39,845 bases of DNA, from the NCBI RefSeq assembly GCF_001194135.2, contig NW_026365845.1, positions 9,784-49,628 of the forward strand, given 5' to 3'. This document shows, piece by piece, positions 35,411 to 39,845 of this stretch. The number at the start of each line of letters is the position of its first letter. Position 1 is the first letter of the stretch. The stretch comes from Octopus bimaculoides (Eukaryota). The translations under genes and the position numbers were made by a program. The notes beneath the pieces were generated by a model. The model worked only from the letters and a program-made list of their open reading frames with translations, searched no databases and had not been told where the DNA came from.

Positions 35411-36289
35411 ATGAATAATGTGACTAAAAAAACCTCCGATACAGGTGAGAGGCCATTTCATTGTATTACCTGTGGTAAATCATTCCCTCGCAATAGTAAG
35501 TTAACTAGGCACAGACGTACACATACAGGAGAAAAACCATATCATTGCAATATCTGTGGTAAATCATTTTGTGAAGCTAGTCAGTTGAAATCGCACAAAC
35601 GTATACACACAGGTGAGAAACCATATCATTGTAATATCTGTGGTAAATCATATTCTGTAAACAGTTACTTGACTAGGCACAAACGTATACATACAGGGGA
35701 AAAACCATATCGCTGTGATATCTGTGGTAAATCTTTCTTTTGTTGTAGTGACTTGAATAAACACAAACGCATTCATACAGGTGAGAGGTTATATCAATGT
35801 AACATCTGTGATAAATCATTTTCTGAAAAGAGTAACTTGACTATGCACAAACGTGTTCATACCGGGGAGAAACCATATCGTTGTGATATCTGTGGTGAAT
35901 CATTTTCTGTAAATAACTCTTTAACTAGTCACATACGTATTCATACAGGTGAGAAGCCATATCATTGTGATATCTGTGGTAAATCATTCTCTTCTAATAC
36001 TCCCTGGACCATACACAAACGTATTCATACAGGGGAGAAACCATATCATTGTGATATCTGTGGTAAGTCGTTTTCTCAAAGAGGTACCTTGACTGGTCAC
36101 AGACGTGTTCATACTGGGGAAAAACCATATCAGTGTGATATCTGTGGTAATTCATTCTCTGAAATGAGTACCTTGACTAAACACAGGTATGTTCATACAG
36201 GAGAGAAACCACATCACTGTGATATCTGTGGTAAATCATTTTCTCAAAAGGGTGGCTTAACTAGACACCAGCGCATTCATGCAAAATAG
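35411..36289 (+). CDS. C2H2 zinc-finger protein 6 (10 fingers; premature TAG in a linker)
   Basis: Uninterrupted ORF of 292 aa. It ends HAK* where the family has HTGE. Confidence 0.9.
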   Translation: MNNVTKKTSDTGERPFHCITCGKSFPRNSKLTRHRRTHTGEKPYHCNICGKSFCEASQLKSHKRIHTGEKPYHCNICGKSYSVNSYLTRHKRIHTGEKPYRCDICGKSFFCCSDLNKHKRIHTGERLYQCNICDKSFSEKSNLTMHKRVHTGEKPYRCDICGESFSVNNSLTSHIRIHTGEKPYHCDICGKSFSSNTPWTIHKRIHTGEKPYHCDICGKSFSQRGTLTGHRRVHTGEKPYQCDICGNSFSEMSTLTKHRYVHTGEKPHHCDICGKSFSQKGGLTRHQRIHAK

Positions 36290-36382
<93 letters not shown>

Positions 36383-36395
36383 CACTGTAATACCT

Positions 36396-36935
36396 GGCTC
36401 CAATCTGATTTGGCAGAGTTTCTACATCTGGATGCCCTTCCTAATGCCAACCACTCCGAGAGTGTAGTGGGTGCTTTTACGTGCCACTGGCACGAGGGCC
36501 AGTCCGGCGGTACTGGCAACGGCCACACTCAAATGGTGTTTTTTATGTGCCACCTGCACCGGAGTCAGTCCACTGTTTTATTCACATGCCACCGGCACAA
36601 GTGCCAGTAAGGTGAAGCTGGAAACGATCGCGCTCAAATGGTGCTTTTTTATGTGCCAGGTCCTCATGTCACTGAACATAAGCAAACTTCTTTCCTGCAT
36701 CTCCCTTGGCTAGATATATCTGTCTCCTACTTTCCTTCTGGCTATCTAATACAGATCCCTGCCGCTCCCACCCTGTTTCTTTGCTCTAATGGCCCTGTCT
36801 ACAGTATTGCTCCACCACCACATTATCCTAGGTCTAGAAGGGACTTTGCATCAACCACAGATTTGGTCTGTAGCACTCAGCAAGGTCTCTCGCAGGGATT
36901 TCCAGTTGGCCTCTTTTCACAAGTTTGTAGCTCCT
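36396..36935 (-). mobile_element. Internally deleted RTE LINE piece in the gene 6 3'UTR
   Basis: 3'UTR-type RTE sequence (36396-36660) joined to an ORF2 fragment translating NWKSLRETLLSATDQICG*CKVPSRPRIMWWWSNTVDRAIRAKK (RTE-type WWW motif). Confidence 0.75.
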
Positions 36936-37334
36936 CAAAAATGGTGTTTTAACTATACATGAAGATATTCATACCAGAGAGAACCTATGTCATGGTCATA
37001 TCTGAGGTAAATCATGCTCTCATAGACCTAACTTAACTCTACATGAATGAATACCAACAGGGGAGAAGCCATGTCAATGTAACATCTATCGTATACACGT
37101 GGATATTCACATGTATGTGTAACTCTATCAATGTCAGAATTTATTAAAACATAACAATTAAGACTATTTTATCTGCTAAAACATAGGGTTTTTCCCTTCG
37201 TCAACTTCGATTCCATCAATGTCAACTTCAAATTTGTGATCATCCGTCAAAATATTGACTCAGAGATAACTTCATTAATAAAAATGCCTGCTTTTGGACT
37301 TTGAGGAATTTGTATTCGTTAAAAAAGAATAATG

Positions 37335-37340
37335 AATAAA
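37335..37340 (+). terminator. Polyadenylation signal, gene 6
   Basis: aagaataatgAATAAAaagttagactg. Confidence 0.65.
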
Positions 37341-37388
37341 AAGTTAGACTGTCACCATTTTGTGCTTGTTTTTTTTTTTTTTACTCTA

Positions 37389-38225
37389 CAGGGTGTCCAC
37401 AAAGTCTGGGTACATGAGGATTAACACATGCTTTAAGAAATTATTATTTCTTGTATTTGATTGTTTATGATATGATTTTATTTACTCTATGTACCCACAT
37501 GGGGATTAACACATACTTTAAGAAATTATTATTTCTTATATTTAATTGTTAATGTTATGATTTTATTTACTCTATGTACCCACATGGGGATTAACACATA
37601 CTTTAAGAAATTATTATTTCTTATATTTNNNNNNNNNNNNNNNNNNNNNNNNNNNNNNNNNNNNNNNNNNNNNNNNNNNNNNNNNNNNNNNNNNNNNNNN
37701 NNNNNNNNNNNNNNNNNNNNNNNNNNNNNNNNNNNNNNNNNNNNNNNNNNNNNNNNNNNNNNNNNNNNNNNNNNNNNNNNNNNNNNNNNNNNNNNNNNNN
37801 NNNNNNNNNNNNNNNNNNNNNNNNNNNNNNNNNNNNNNNNNNNNNNNNNNNNNNNNNNNNNNNNNNNNNNNNNNNNNNNNNNNNNNNNNNNNNNNNNNNN
37901 NNNNNNNNNNNNNNNNNNNNNNNNNNNNNNNNNNNNNNNNNNNNNNNNNNNNNNNNNNNNNNNNNNNNNNNNNNNNNNNNNNNNNNNNNNNNNNNNNNNA
38001 TTGTTTATGATATGATTTTATTTACTCTATGTACCCACATGGGGATTAACACATACTTTAAGAAATTATTATTTCTTATATTTAATTGTTAATGTTATGA
38101 TTTTATTTACTCCATGTACCCACATGGGGATTAACACATACTTTAATAAATTATTATTTCTTATATTTAATTGTTAATGTTATGATTTTATTTACTCCAT
38201 GTACCCAGACTTTGTGGACACCCTG
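37389..38225. mobile_element. Tc1/mariner-type MITE with an internal 85-bp tandem array
   Basis: Perfect 28-bp TIR CAGGGTGTCCACAAAGTCTGGGTACATG; TA TSDs at 37387-37388 and 38226-38227. The empty site ttactcTAtatctagac is present after genes 1 and 2. Confidence 0.9.
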
Positions 38226-38624
38226 TATATCTAGACACTGTCCCCTTTCTACCTTAAACCTCTCAACTAGTGCAAAGTCACACTCCTTCAATACTATTTT
38301 CCTCCCATCCAGTTGTGGGCTATTTTGTCTTGCAAGGTGCCTGGTGACCCTGTCGGTGTTGTCACAAAAATCACTGGGGCTGGTGCCAGCAGAAAAGGTT
38401 GATGCTTCAGCCATATAAAGGGGCCCTGGTGCTGAACCCATATAAAAAGCACTGGTCACAGTGCTATGTAAATAGCACAGGTGATGGTACCACAGAAAAA
38501 GAAGCACTGTCTCCTCTATACCTTAAATTTCTCAACTGGCACAATGTGACACCCCGTCAATACTTCTTCCCTACCCTCAGTTGTGGGGTGTATTCTCTTA
38601 CAAGGCAGTTGGTGACTGTCAGTG

Positions 38625-39005
38625 CTCATCATCGTTTAACGTCCGCTTTCCATGCTAGCATGGGTTGGACGATTTGACTGAGGACTGGTGAAACCAGATG
38701 GCTACACCAGGCTCCAATCTGATTTACCAAGGTTTCTACAGCTGTATGCCCTTCCTAACGCCAACCACTGCGAGTGTGTAGTGGGTGCTTTTACGTGTCA
38801 CCCGCACGAAGGCCAGTCAGGCGGTACTGGCAACGGCCACGCTCAAAATGGTGTATTTTATGTGCCACCCGTACAAGAGCCAGTCCAGGGGCACTGGCAA
38901 CGATCTCGCTCGAAAATCCTTACACATGTCACGGGCACAAGTGCCAGAAAGGCGACGCTGGGCACAGGTGCCATCCCGATTTCTCTTTCGCTTGCTTCAA
39001 TAAGT
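38625..39005 (-). mobile_element. 5'-truncated RTE LINE 3' end
   Basis: Nearly identical to 20583-20960. Confidence 0.8.
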
Positions 39006-39342
39006 CTTCCGGTGCTAGTGGCACATACAAAGCACTCTTCCATTCTTGCTGCACATCTTTACATCGAAGATGTCTTATGAACAGCAATTCAATGCTTTAA
39101 CTGTTGCCTCTTTCCAGGACTTTGTCTTTGGTCACATAATACTCCCATTTGTTGTTCAAAACTGAATGATTCTCTTCCATGAGAGACTATGTTATTGTAC
39201 AGGATGGAGACGTATGTGTATATATAAGTAAGCTTTCTTAAAATAATCAGGTGAAAATTACAAAAAAACAAACAAACAAAAAAAATGCAAAATTGAAATT
39301 CTTGACAGAAGGAATAACACAGAAACAAGTCCAACCAGTCAG

Positions 39343-39490
39343 TAGAGACATCTATTGGAGAATTGAAGAAATACAATCATATAAAGGGAAATAACTTCTA
39401 CACCACTTCAACCAAGCTCCAATTAAATTATTAATTAGGGTGATTAATTACCGATCACTGAGTCGCTGTTTATATTTGAATACGGTAAGT
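39343..39490 (+). promoter_or_regulatory. Additional promoter, exon 1 and donor cassette (its gene lies beyond the window)
   Basis: TAGAGACATCTATTGG at 39343; TATAAAG at 39380; TCA initiator A at 39410; donor at 39485. Confidence 0.6.
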
Positions 39491-39692
39491 TGACAAAGAT
39501 TTACTGTAAGGCTGTTATGGTGGTAATATTACTAATAATAATATTGTAAATCATAGAATTATGTGAATATCTCGATATTAATGTAATTACTTCGAAGCGA
39601 AATCATAATGGTAAATTTTTAGATTAAACCAACATAACAAGATTAAGAAAATATATTAATTCGTCTTAAATGATCGTTTCTCTTATAGATAC

Positions 39693-39845
39693 AAGGCCTG
39701 AAATTTTGGGGGAGATCGATAGTCGATTACATCGACTCCAATATTTGAACTGGTACTTAATTTATCGACTCAGAAAGGATGAAAAGGTACACCTCGGCAC
39801 TGGTCATGCTATCAGCTGTCAGAAGTGAAAGTGCTCACTGCTAGT
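39693..39845. mobile_element. SINE family A fragment interrupted by a GGCACTGG-family element at 39796
   Basis: aaggcctgaaattttgggggag...gaaaggatgaaa, then ggcactggtcatgctatcagctgtcagaag to the window end. Confidence 0.65.

Overview
AT-rich eukaryotic DNA, most likely from an octopus. That is an inference from the tandem C2H2 zinc-finger cluster plus the SINE/RTE repeat landscape; octopuses are known for large clustered C2H2 expansions. The window holds six intact, same-strand C2H2-ZF genes with a single coding exon each (10, 10, 14, 16, 12 and 10 fingers; 72 in total). None has a recognisable effector domain. There is also one inverted, decayed ZF array fused to a plus-strand 3'UTR, and a further promoter cassette at the right edge. 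Comparing the paralogues reveals a repeated gene unit: CTCF/CCAAT-like motif, TATA-like box 30-31 bp before an Inr-like A, a ~70-78 nt non-coding exon 1, a GTAAGT donor, an intron, a TTTCAG acceptor, a ~400 nt 5'UTR, an ATG derived from a frameshifted dead finger, the ZF ORF, a 3'UTR built from dead fingers, and AATAAA. Spacers are filled with tRNA-type SINEs, RTE-LINE pieces, TIR/MITE elements and minisatellites. About ten N-gaps limit certainty. All gene models are inferred from sequence alone, with no transcript data.
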